Shown: positions 1 through 8,618, counted from the first letter of the stretch. The stretch: DNA of 32,000 nt from Candidatus Thorarchaeota archaeon (GCA_003345555.1 PRDJ01000035.1:34120-66119); one strand, 5' to 3'. The notes: generated by a model from the sequence alone, not told the origin. A program made the numbers and translations.

Positions 1-2
1 TG

Positions 3-221
3 GTCTATGATATCGTCTTAGGGCGAACACACTTAGGCCACGTTCTCAGAGAAGCCGTCAGACGCAATCCATCCTCGGTCGTAGCAGGCGCTGATGAACG
101 GTTGATTCTTGTGGAAGGCAGAGTGCTGCCCCCTTCTGAGCTGGGACCAAATGAAGCAAGGGACATCGAGAAGAACCTGACTGCCGTTCTTGGTATCATC
201 GGGTCTGAAGTGCCTTCCTAG
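3..221 (+). CDS. 3' end of a protein running off the left edge, function unknown
   Basis: Frame +3 is open from base 3 to TAG at 219-221 (VYDIVLGRTHLGHVLREAVRR...LTAVLGIIGSEVPS*). Composition is protein-like. It is absent from the ORF track because it has no start in the window. No motif recognised. Confidence 0.55.
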   Translation, partial: VYDIVLGRTHLGHVLREAVRRNPSSVVAGADERLILVEGRVLPPSELGPNEARDIEKNLTAVLGIIGSEVPS

Positions 222-252
222 TCGAGTACTCTCTGCCACCGGTCGAAAGAAT

Positions 253-305
253 GTGCACCGGACTCGGTTTCTTTTTCCACAATCAGACAAAGAAAACGAG
301 TGCAC
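253..305. other. Imperfect inverted repeat/hairpin downstream of the left-edge ORF (possible terminator or protein-binding site)
   Basis: CTCGGTTTCTTT (263-274) pairs with AAAGAAAACGAG (289-300) at 11/12 positions, and the outer GTGCA/TGCAC arms also pair. Confidence 0.35.
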
Positions 306-602
306 GTTTGGACTTCTTTGCAGCAAAGGCTGCTGTGACTCCGTGTCACTGGAAGCCACCGCAACCATTATTGGCATCGAGTGACATGAGCAATCCGCAA
401 CGTCCGCTCTTCTTTTCAAAAGATAGGACGGTCGTGGGGAAGTGATTCCACGTGACTTGGCCATCTCGGTGTTTGTCTGGTATCGGCTCCGCCATCGGCA
501 ATGAGCAGTCTCCGAGCCGGGGGTACTGCCAAGGTAGGTTCACTTCGCTGCCATCAAGGGACAGCAACAGTTATTGACCCCAAGAACTGTCTCAGTTCAG
601 AG

Positions 603-2996
603 ATGCCTGCGAAGAAGTACTACACAGCGTGCTCACTGAACTGCCCAGACATATGCGCGTTCGTGGTTCAAGTAGAGGGCGGTCGCATTGTCAGACTTGA
701 GGGTGACAGGAACCATCCATACACATTGGGCAGATGCTGTCCAAAGGGTTATGCCCATGTGCTCAGAATGTATTCGCCCGACAGGATATTGTACCCTCAG
801 CGGCGTCAGGCTGACGGTACCTTCAAGAGAATCGCTTGGAATGATGCGCTCGACGAGATTGCTGTCGATATTGACGATGCTCGCAGGAAGTTCGGTGCGC
901 AGTCTGTGGGCATATACTGCGGCTCGGGAAATGATGGGCTAGCCCCTAAGTATGCCAGCAGATTTGCGAACACGCTTGGCTGCAGAATGATTCCGGGGAT
1001 TGTCGAAATCTGTTTCGAAGGTGCGTACGAGGGTGCTCGGTTCAATGTCGGCCCTTTTCCTCCTCACGAGCTAAGCGACTGGGCGAACTCGCGATGTATT
1101 GTGGTATGGGGTACGAACAAGTTCGAATCCAGCATTCACTCGAAGAGAGTCATCAAAGAAGCGACCGATCACGGCGCGAGACTGATTGTCATAGACCCTC
1201 GCAAGACTCCACTCGCAAAGATAGCTGACATCTACACAACCATTAGACCAGGGACTGACGGAGCACTTGCTCTTGGAATTGCGAATGAGATAATCAAGAG
1301 AGACCTGTATGATCACGAGTTTGTCGATAGATACGTTGTCGGCTTCGAGGAGTACAAGCGCAGAGTGGCTGAATACGACAAGAGGACCGTGAGCGAGATA
1401 ACTTGGGTGGATGCCAACACAATTGAAGCCATAGCTCACACATTTGCCGTTCACGGACCCGGTCTCTTAATGACAGCTCCTGCTGGGATGAATCACTATA
1501 CGAATGGAACTTGGGCCGCGAGGGCAGTGCATAGTCTTCTTGCAATATGCGGCTACTTGGGTGTTTCAGGAGGCGGTTTTCAGTATCTCTCATCCGATCG
1601 CGGTCCCTTCCAAAGCTCTTCGATTACGCTTGCTGACATGCTTCCAAGTTCAGTCAGACCTGTTGTCGAGTCGGGAACGCATATTCCGGAATACGTGCTG
1701 AGTCATGAGGAATCACCTCTCAAGGTGTTCATCATTCAGGCGGCAAGTCCTATTACTCAGTGGCCGAATACGAAGAAGACTAGGGCGGCACTTGAGCGAA
1801 TTCCTCTCAAGGTCTGTATCGATATCGAGATGACCGACACAGCCCGGTTGTGTGACATCGTCCTCCCCGCGACAACATTGTTCGAACATCATAACTTAAT
1901 GCACAGCGAACTTCACAGGATTGTCCAATATGCACCGAAGATTGTGGAGCCACCGGGCGAGGCAAGGCATGAGCTGGAAATCTGGAAAGGAATCGCAGAG
2001 AAGCTCGGGCTTGGCAAGTTCTTCCGACTAACAGAGCTTGATGCGATAAAGCTTGCACTGGGAGGTCATGATTGTGAAGGGATTACGCTCGATGAACTTA
2101 AGCGGCATCCGGGCGGCATGAGAACTAGGAGTCCGGCTATCCCATTCGCAGATCGCCACTTTCTCACGCCATCAGGCAAAGTCGAGCTGTATTCCAAAAC
2201 GTTGGCGAATTTGGGCTATGACCCTTTGCCGTACCACCAGGAGCCAGCTGAAAGCCCTGTATCCACGCCTGAGATTTTCAGAAACTACCCACTAATCATG
2301 ATTTCTGGTAGGCTACGGAACCGATTGCACTCACAGTACACTACCGTGGAAGTCGGAGCTGAGGCCAAGGCCTATTCTGAATGTACAACTTGTCAGAAGT
2401 GTGTCAAAGACTGCAAGGACGAGGCAATATCCCTACAGTCACCCAGCATCGAGATGATTCGCCGGGTTTCTAGCGAGAATCCAGAGACGCGTGCCAAGAT
2501 GCGTGAAAAGCTAAGTGAGAGTGTGAAAGGACTTGCCATCACTGGCTCAGAAATAGTGATAGCTATTCCCAACAGCATCACTGGACTCCAAGTCCCCATA
2601 TGGGACCCGGTCAAGTGCATAGGGTGCAGAGAGTGTAATCTGGACATCTGTCCTTTCAAGGTCGTGACGGAACCAATTAGAATGCCCTCGATGCTCCAGA
2701 CCCCTACGCATCGAACGTTCCTGAGGATGAACCCGGTTGCTGCAGAGCGGCTCGGCCTCTCTGATGGAGACTCAGTCCGCGTGGAATCCATCAGAGGGGC
2801 AATCGAGGGTATCCAGCTTGAATTGACAGAAGACATCGATTCCAGGGTCGTGTGGGCATCCGACGGTTGGTGGGAGAGAGACGGCAACATTAACCTCCTG
2901 ACCGATGACAAACACACGGCGTTCGGACACACGCCGGGCTTCAACTCGGTTCTTGTGCGAGTCTCTAGGGTCGAGCACGGTGCACGTCAGCTCTAG
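603..2996 (+). CDS. Mo/W-bisPGD (DMSO reductase superfamily) oxidoreductase catalytic subunit with an N-terminal [4Fe-4S] site and an inserted 2x[4Fe-4S] ferredoxin domain
   Basis: N-terminal CSLNCPDIC...CCPKG; WGTN, VIDPR, IRPGTDGALALG, DIVLPA and TPSGKVELYS motifs; C-terminal domain IV motifs (LIMISGR..HSQ, MNPVAAERLGLSDGDSVRVES). Likely Cys metal ligand in EICFEGA. Start moved from 501 to ATG 603 (MPAKKYYTAC) because the upstream 34 codons show no family or TAT signal features. Confidence 0.9.
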   Translation: MPAKKYYTACSLNCPDICAFVVQVEGGRIVRLEGDRNHPYTLGRCCPKGYAHVLRMYSPDRILYPQRRQADGTFKRIAWNDALDEIAVDIDDARRKFGAQSVGIYCGSGNDGLAPKYASRFANTLGCRMIPGIVEICFEGAYEGARFNVGPFPPHELSDWANSRCIVVWGTNKFESSIHSKRVIKEATDHGARLIVIDPRKTPLAKIADIYTTIRPGTDGALALGIANEIIKRDLYDHEFVDRYVVGFEEYKRRVAEYDKRTVSEITWVDANTIEAIAHTFAVHGPGLLMTAPAGMNHYTNGTWAARAVHSLLAICGYLGVSGGGFQYLSSDRGPFQSSSITLADMLPSSVRPVVESGTHIPEYVLSHEESPLKVFIIQAASPITQWPNTKKTRAALERIPLKVCIDIEMTDTARLCDIVLPATTLFEHHNLMHSELHRIVQYAPKIVEPPGEARHELEIWKGIAEKLGLGKFFRLTELDAIKLALGGHDCEGITLDELKRHPGGMRTRSPAIPFADRHFLTPSGKVELYSKTLANLGYDPLPYHQEPAESPVSTPEIFRNYPLIMISGRLRNRLHSQYTTVEVGAEAKAYSECTTCQKCVKDCKDEAISLQSPSIEMIRRVSSENPETRAKMREKLSESVKGLAITGSEIVIAIPNSITGLQVPIWDPVKCIGCRECNLDICPFKVVTEPIRMPSMLQTPTHRTFLRMNPVAAERLGLSDGDSVRVESIRGAIEGIQLELTEDIDSRVVWASDGWWERDGNINLLTDDKHTAFGHTPGFNSVLVRVSRVEHGARQL

Positions 2997-3026
2997 GCGC
3001 GCTCGACCTTGGCGCATTGGCAAATC

Positions 3027-4301
3027 CTATGACCAGAATGGAACTATGATGAACATGTAGACAGTTGCAGTTGCAAGGTGTATCAGACCCACCGTCATAG
3101 CCAGCTTTATGAATTCGGCCCATGAAATATGACTCTCATTCTCCTCGGCCAATGAGACAACGTACATGTTGGGTGCATCACCAAAGGGTATTGTATAACC
3201 TCCCATGTTCACACCGGCCACGAGTGATGTTGCGACAATGGGGCTTCCTCCAGGGAATTCCGCGGCCACCGGGGCCATCAATGCACCAACTGCAGTCGTA
3301 TCTAGGATCCCTATTGCAAAGCCTGGTACCCATATGAAGACGAAAGCAGCAATGTACATGTTGCCACCGACAAGAGCAACCAATCCACCCACTAGGTCGG
3401 TGACAACGTTCGTGACCGACAGAGACGCGACGAGACCCAGAAGCCCAACCACAAAGAAAACAGTTTCCCAAGATAACTGCTGAAGGAGGTCCTTCGCTCT
3501 GTCGAATGATATCACCAGCAGTGCGGAGGCAACAAGAACCGCGACCATGGCCGATTCATTCGGGACAAGGATAAGCCCTGCCATGAGAACGCCCAAGGTG
3601 AGTATCGAGAGGTAGAAGTCAAAGCGCGACTTGATCATTACTCTTGGGTCAACTTGGAAGAGTTCGCTTGTCTCGTCGAACTTGCCCGGCACCAAGACAT
3701 CCTTGTAGTAGTTTAGCAGAAACACAATTGTCACAAGCAATAGAATCACTGATAGAGGCATGAGGATGACGAACATTGACCCAACATCGAGATTGGCGAG
3801 GCGAACAATCAGTAAGTTCGGGATGCTACCAATAGGTGTCGGGAGGGAGCCTAGGTCTGCCACTATGATTTCTCCGATTAAGAATGGCCTGAAATCGATT
3901 CCGAGACCACGACAAATCTCAACCGTGAACGTGGCCATTATGATGATTGTCGGGAGAGGAGGAATGAAAGGTGACATGACAAAAACAATGGTCATGAACA
4001 CGAGGAAGACTTTGCGAGGGTCGCCTCTCGTACGTTTCGCCAGAATAAGGGCCGTATACTGAAACATGCCGGAGGAACCCACGACCGATATTATGATCAT
4101 CATTGCCATGACAAACAGTATCGTATCCCAGTTCATGGCATTCAGCATCTCAACGAATCCATACCCACCCACTGCATACAACACAGCCGCTGCGAGACCC
4201 ATCGAGAAGAGCACTACTGCCGTGTCGTCGAATTTCTCGATTAACAGCACTACGAGTGTGACAATGAATATAATCAGACAAATAATACCTGCAATCTCCA
4301 A
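3027..4301 (-). CDS. ArsB/NhaD/P-protein (SLC13/IT superfamily)-type permease, paralog 1
   Basis: Highly hydrophobic, 424 aa. WDTILF, SGMFQY, PTPIGSIPN and IPFGDAPN motifs. TTG start with GGAG upstream. Confidence 0.85.
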   Translation of the reverse strand: MEIAGIICLIIFIVTLVVLLIEKFDDTAVVLFSMGLAAAVLYAVGGYGFVEMLNAMNWDTILFVMAMMIIISVVGSSGMFQYTALILAKRTRGDPRKVFLVFMTIVFVMSPFIPPLPTIIIMATFTVEICRGLGIDFRPFLIGEIIVADLGSLPTPIGSIPNLLIVRLANLDVGSMFVILMPLSVILLLVTIVFLLNYYKDVLVPGKFDETSELFQVDPRVMIKSRFDFYLSILTLGVLMAGLILVPNESAMVAVLVASALLVISFDRAKDLLQQLSWETVFFVVGLLGLVASLSVTNVVTDLVGGLVALVGGNMYIAAFVFIWVPGFAIGILDTTAVGALMAPVAAEFPGGSPIVATSLVAGVNMGGYTIPFGDAPNMYVVSLAEENESHISWAEFIKLAMTVGLIHLATATVYMFIIVPFWS

Positions 4302-4529
4302 GCAGAACGCGCTCCTTCGTGCGAGCCCGATGTGTCATCTTGGCGGCAAAGGTCCGCCTAGCGCACCTGAGCAACTGGATAATAAGGTATTCTGTGTTGT
4401 CAGGCGATTCACCAGTTCTCAGACAGGCATTCAATGTAGCATCTGTGTTCGTCATTCATCTTGGAGTTCACTCGCTTGAGCAGGAATTCCAATGTGCCAG
4501 CATGATGAACATGTATCACCAATTGATTA

Positions 4530-5801
4530 TCAAACCAGCGCGGCTACCGCAAAAAGATAGGCTGTCGATATTGCCAGATGGACCAACCCGAGCGGCGTGA
4601 CGGCTTTCGTGAAATCCATCCATGAAATCGGCCCACGGTTCTTCTCGGCTAAGTCCCGAAGATACATGTTAGGGGCATCTCCAAACGGGATGACATACAC
4701 TGAGAAGTTCAATCCGGCAACCATTGAGATGGGCACTATTCTGTTCAACGATGCGAACTCCACACTCATGGGCGCAAGAAAGGCTGCTATAGGGATAGTG
4801 TCAAACGCAGACATTACAAATCCGGGCAGCCATATCATCACCAAGATGGCGATGAATACGTTGTTGCCCACGACGGCAGTCATTGCTGCCACGAGATCTG
4901 TGGAGACGCCTGTCACTTGCAGTGCTGCGACAATTCCGAATAGGCCCACAATGAAAAAGACCGTGTTCCAAGACAGCTGGTTCAACAGAACCTTAGCTCT
5001 CTGGAACGAAATCACCAGCAGTCCTCCGGCAACAACGAGAGCCACGGTCACAGACTCTGTAGGGACGAGTACCAGTCCTGTTATCAGTACTGCAAGCGCA
5101 ATAGCTGAGACAAAAAAGTCGAGTCTCGAGCGTATCATGAGTCTTGGCTCTATATCAAAGAGATGGCTGGCTGCAGCGCCTGGAAGCTGTGCGAAGACCT
5201 GTCGGTAGTACCTGAGGAAGTACCAAATTGTCACTCCCAGAAGAAGTAATGACAATGGGAACAGAGTGACGAACATGAGGCCGATGTTCATTTCGGTGAG
5301 GGACACGACAATCATGTTTGGAATTGATCCTATCGGACTTGGTATGGAGGCAGAGTTAGCTACAACAGCCTCTGAGAGCAAGTATGGTCTGAAATCGATT
5401 CCAAGGGAGTTGCATACTTCCGCGGTGAAGGCACCTATTATCAAAATGGTCGGCAGGGGTTGCAGCACGAGCGATACTACAAATACAAACCCCATGAGAA
5501 CCATGAATAATCTCCTTGGCTCCCCTCGGGTCCAGCGAGCAAGAACGAGGGCCATATACTGAAACATGCCCGAAGAACCTAGGACGGATATGATGATCAT
5601 CATCGCCGCTATGAAAAGAACGGTGTCCCAGTAGATACTACCTAGCATGGCTGTGAAAGCTATGTTGTTGAAGGTATAAAGCACCAGAGCACATAGTCCC
5701 AACGAGAAAAGTGCAACAGCTGTTTCATCAAGTCTGCCAAGCAGTATGACCAGTAAAGTCCCGACGAATATAATCAGGCAGATTATCCCGGCTATGTCCA
5801 T
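4530..5801 (-). CDS. ArsB/NhaD/P-protein (SLC13/IT superfamily)-type permease, paralog 2 (tandem duplicate of paralog 1)
   Basis: MDIAGIICLIIF matches MEIAGIICLIIF of paralog 1, so the start is placed at ATG 5801 rather than GTG 5810. WDTVLF, SSGMFQY, PSPIGSIPN and IPFGDAPN motifs. Confidence 0.85.
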   Translation of the reverse strand: MDIAGIICLIIFVGTLLVILLGRLDETAVALFSLGLCALVLYTFNNIAFTAMLGSIYWDTVLFIAAMMIIISVLGSSGMFQYMALVLARWTRGEPRRLFMVLMGFVFVVSLVLQPLPTILIIGAFTAEVCNSLGIDFRPYLLSEAVVANSASIPSPIGSIPNMIVVSLTEMNIGLMFVTLFPLSLLLLGVTIWYFLRYYRQVFAQLPGAAASHLFDIEPRLMIRSRLDFFVSAIALAVLITGLVLVPTESVTVALVVAGGLLVISFQRAKVLLNQLSWNTVFFIVGLFGIVAALQVTGVSTDLVAAMTAVVGNNVFIAILVMIWLPGFVMSAFDTIPIAAFLAPMSVEFASLNRIVPISMVAGLNFSVYVIPFGDAPNMYLRDLAEKNRGPISWMDFTKAVTPLGLVHLAISTAYLFAVAALV

Positions 5802-5922
5802 GTCAATCACGTTTCAACTCGTGGTACTACGGAGAGCTGTTTGTGGCTGGAGCCGTCAGGAAGTAATCGCAATAAATAAGTGTCGCGTCTAGCCTCTGCT
5901 GAAAAGACCGGTCGCTGATCGT

Positions 5923-7032
5923 ATGGACTCGAGAATCGAACATCATGCCCGAATTCTTGTAGAATGGAGCACTGAAGTGAAGAAGGGTGATATGGTCATC
6001 ATCAGTGCCTCCCCTGAAGCTCACGAATTGGCTGTCGCAGTTACAAAGGAAGTGGCAAGAGCTGGTGGGAGTCCGTTTACAGTCATGGCGAGTGAGGAGA
6101 TTACCCGTGCTTTCTATGACGGGGCGGCCGAAGACACGATAGCTTTGTACCCGAAGCATCAGGAATCGCTTATCCAAGCATGCGATGTATTTATCGCACT
6201 TAGCGCCCCAGTGAACACACGGGCACTCGCGAATATTGACTCGAAGAGAATCATCGCTCTCAGCAGAACAGTCCAGAAGATCACGGACCTGAGGCTATCG
6301 AAACGCTGGTGCCTGACTGTGCACCCTTGCAGGACACTAGCTCAGCAGGCTAACATGAGCTTGGAAGAGTATCAGAATTTCGTGTATGGCGCGACCCTGA
6401 TTGATTGGAAGGCAGAAAGCAAGAATCTATACCTCATGAAGGAGCATTTCGAACAGCACAAGGATGTCAGATTCGTTGGCCCGGATACGGACCTCCATGC
6501 ATCAACTGAAGGACGAATTTGGGTCGCCTCAGATGGCAAACACAACATGCCGAGCGGGGAGGTATTCACTGCACCAGTCGAGACCACTGTCGAAGGGAAG
6601 ATATTGTTCGATGTGCCTTTCCTACAGCAGGGTCGAGTCATCGAAGGAGTGAAGCTCAGATTCGAGAAGGGAGAAGCAGTTGATTTCTCGGCCGAGAAGG
6701 GGCAGGAGACTCTGAAGTCTATACTGGATACGGATGCAGGTTCCAGACGACTCGGCGAGATTGCAATAGGTACGAATCGTGGCATCAAGCAGTACACTCT
6801 CAACATGCTGTTCGACGAGAAAATGGGCAACACAGTTCACTGCGCCTTGGGTAACAGCTACAAAGAAAACAACGGCACCAATCGGAGCGCGGTTCACGTA
6901 GACATGATCAAGACCATGGTCAATGGTGAGGTCATAGCAGGTGATGAGGTAATCTACTCTAAGGGCAAGTACTTCTTCGAGACTCAGGCGCCTGGAAGGC
7001 CTTCGATTGGCAAGAAAACACAGAGAAAGTAA
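5923..7032 (+). CDS. Aminopeptidase, peptidase family M29 (AmpS/AmpT/PepS-like)
   Basis: NMPSGEVFTAP, RRLGEIAIGTN, LFDEKMG..VHCALG and SAVHVDM carry the M29 metal/catalytic Glu, His and Asp residues. Confidence 0.92.
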   Translation: MDSRIEHHARILVEWSTEVKKGDMVIISASPEAHELAVAVTKEVARAGGSPFTVMASEEITRAFYDGAAEDTIALYPKHQESLIQACDVFIALSAPVNTRALANIDSKRIIALSRTVQKITDLRLSKRWCLTVHPCRTLAQQANMSLEEYQNFVYGATLIDWKAESKNLYLMKEHFEQHKDVRFVGPDTDLHASTEGRIWVASDGKHNMPSGEVFTAPVETTVEGKILFDVPFLQQGRVIEGVKLRFEKGEAVDFSAEKGQETLKSILDTDAGSRRLGEIAIGTNRGIKQYTLNMLFDEKMGNTVHCALGNSYKENNGTNRSAVHVDMIKTMVNGEVIAGDEVIYSKGKYFFETQAPGRPSIGKKTQRK

Positions 7033-7151
7033 GTCTGCCAATCATCTGCGGCATCAGCAAAGGAACTCCAAAAGGGGCGTGCTTTCGGTATCGCTGCTTC
7101 TTCTGTAATGCATTTAGGGCAGTGACAAACGTGAGATGCTAGGGTAATAAC

Positions 7152-7583
7152 GTGTCAGCCCAGAAGGATCGTCTGGTTCACTTGATTAAGGATGCAAATC
7201 TCAGCTCAATCGAAGTCATGAGTGAAGAGCTTGGTGTGAACCAAGAAGAAGTCAGAATGATGTTGCATGAGCTCCTCGAACAAGGAGTGCTGAGGGGTCG
7301 AATAACTGAAGATGGAATAAGGTTCTTCCAAGATGGCCTGAGAGTCTCGGAACAGCCTTCCGTGTCAGTGAAGGAGAAGGAACCACGGTTACTTAAATAC
7401 AGTACGAAGCCGGGCCGCTACGTGGCAGAGGCAGGTCTCGCAGTTGTCGTGATTTCATATCTGAGTATAGTCATATTCCATGGGAATATAGACGTGGAGA
7501 ACATCGCCGTCGGCATGATACTTGTGGGCCTTCTCTTATTGGCAGCTGGCTGCTATTACGTTGGTCGTCGCAAGACTGTCTGA
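7152..7583 (+). CDS. Membrane protein with an N-terminal PCI-like winged helix and two C-terminal TM helices
   Basis: SIEVMSEELGVNQEEVRMMLHELLEQGVLRGRITED fits a winged-helix/PCI pattern. Two hydrophobic segments (AGLAVVVISYLSIVIF; IAVGMILVGLLLLAAGCYYV) are followed by a basic tail. GTG start. Confidence 0.6.
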   Translation: MSAQKDRLVHLIKDANLSSIEVMSEELGVNQEEVRMMLHELLEQGVLRGRITEDGIRFFQDGLRVSEQPSVSVKEKEPRLLKYSTKPGRYVAEAGLAVVVISYLSIVIFHGNIDVENIAVGMILVGLLLLAAGCYYVGRRKTV

Positions 7584-7611
7584 TGTGAAATCGTAAGCAC
7601 TCACAGCTCGC

Positions 7612-7619
7612 CTTAAGTA
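7612..7619 (+). promoter_or_regulatory. Candidate archaeal TATA box for the TauE gene
   Basis: CTTAAGTA about 40 bp upstream of ATG 7656. Similar CTTAA[A/G] words occur in other intergenic regions (10621, 13302, and 16260 on the minus strand). Confidence 0.3.
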
Positions 7620-7655
7620 CGGGTCGACCGAACCAGACTCTGGACGCGACAAAGA

Positions 7656-8618
7656 ATGGACATCCTCCTTCAAGCTCTCTTGCTTATCGTGTTTGCAGTT
7701 GGAGTGGGAACACTGGCCTCGATGCTCGGTATAGGCGGCGGAATAATCCTGATGCCTCTCTTGGTTATCGTATTTGGTTTTTCTGCTAGACTGGCACCTG
7801 CCACGACGCTCGTCGCCGCTCTCTTTGCCGCGATAGCTGGTTCCTATGCGTACCTACGGCAGAAGCCGAGTCCCGTAATCGTAAAGGCCGGGCTCTTCTT
7901 GGCAGCGACCAGTGTTCCAGGTTCGCTCGTTGGCGTATGGCTACGACTGATAATTCCGACTGACTTCATTCTAAGGTTAGTCTTTGCTGTAGTTCTTCTC
8001 CCGATCGCAATCAGGATGCTCTTTGCCAAGAGGAAGGGCAAAGGAGACTTGGCCTCAGAGGTCGGTTCGTTCGGATTCTCTCAGGTTTCCCATCGAAGAC
8101 TCCTCTCTTCTCTTGCAGGCTCATTCAGTGCAGGCACTCTGTCGGGTTTGTTAGGGATAGGAGGGGGCATACTGATGGTTCCAGTCTTCAACATGATGAT
8201 GGGACTCCCGATGCACGCGGCAGTAGCCACCTCAATGCTCACGATGATCTTCACTGCCACATCAGGTACGATGCTCAACTTCCTGACAAGCGAAATCGAC
8301 TTCTTCTACAGCCTTACTTTGAGCATAGGCATGGTCATTGGAGCCCAGATAGGCCCGAAGCTCATTTGTCACGTGAACGCCATTCGTCTCAAGCAGGCTT
8401 TTGGTGTTGTATTGGTCTACCCGCTAGTCAACATGGCACAACTTGGCAAGATGATGTTGGACCCTTCAGGCACAAATCCTATCATGGCTACGATTGGCGA
8501 CCTCATCATCTGGTTCTTGATAGTAGTACCGGCCATCTTTGTGAAAGTAGTGGAGTCGCGAAGAGCAAGAACCCTTGAGACTCCGTCTGAGAAGTGCGAG
8601 GTGCCGACTTCGGAATAG
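7656..8618 (+). CDS. Sulfite exporter TauE/SafE (TSUP) family membrane protein
   Basis: Duplicated GIGGG(I/L)..P motifs (LGIGGGIILMP, LGIGGGILMVP) and AVATS. Multi-TM. Confidence 0.88.
   Translation: MDILLQALLLIVFAVGVGTLASMLGIGGGIILMPLLVIVFGFSARLAPATTLVAALFAAIAGSYAYLRQKPSPVIVKAGLFLAATSVPGSLVGVWLRLIIPTDFILRLVFAVVLLPIAIRMLFAKRKGKGDLASEVGSFGFSQVSHRRLLSSLAGSFSAGTLSGLLGIGGGILMVPVFNMMMGLPMHAAVATSMLTMIFTATSGTMLNFLTSEIDFFYSLTLSIGMVIGAQIGPKLICHVNAIRLKQAFGVVLVYPLVNMAQLGKMMLDPSGTNPIMATIGDLIIWFLIVVPAIFVKVVESRRARTLETPSEKCEVPTSE

Noticed and set aside
33-567. Short ORF-track calls (5..199, 33..464, 190..384, 251..445, 346..567)
   Set aside because: No motifs and mutually overlapping. Two are antisense to the more plausible left-edge ORF.
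501-602. N-terminal extension of the Mo enzyme as a possible signal peptide
   Set aside because: No RR motif or hydrophobic core; the family-like sequence begins just after ATG 603.
3760-5562. Long antisense ORFs over the permeases (also 21158..21718, 21839..22165, 28641..29147, 13824..14354, 15151..15480)
   Set aside because: These are typical stop-poor shadows of hydrophobic membrane-protein codons and show no independent motifs.
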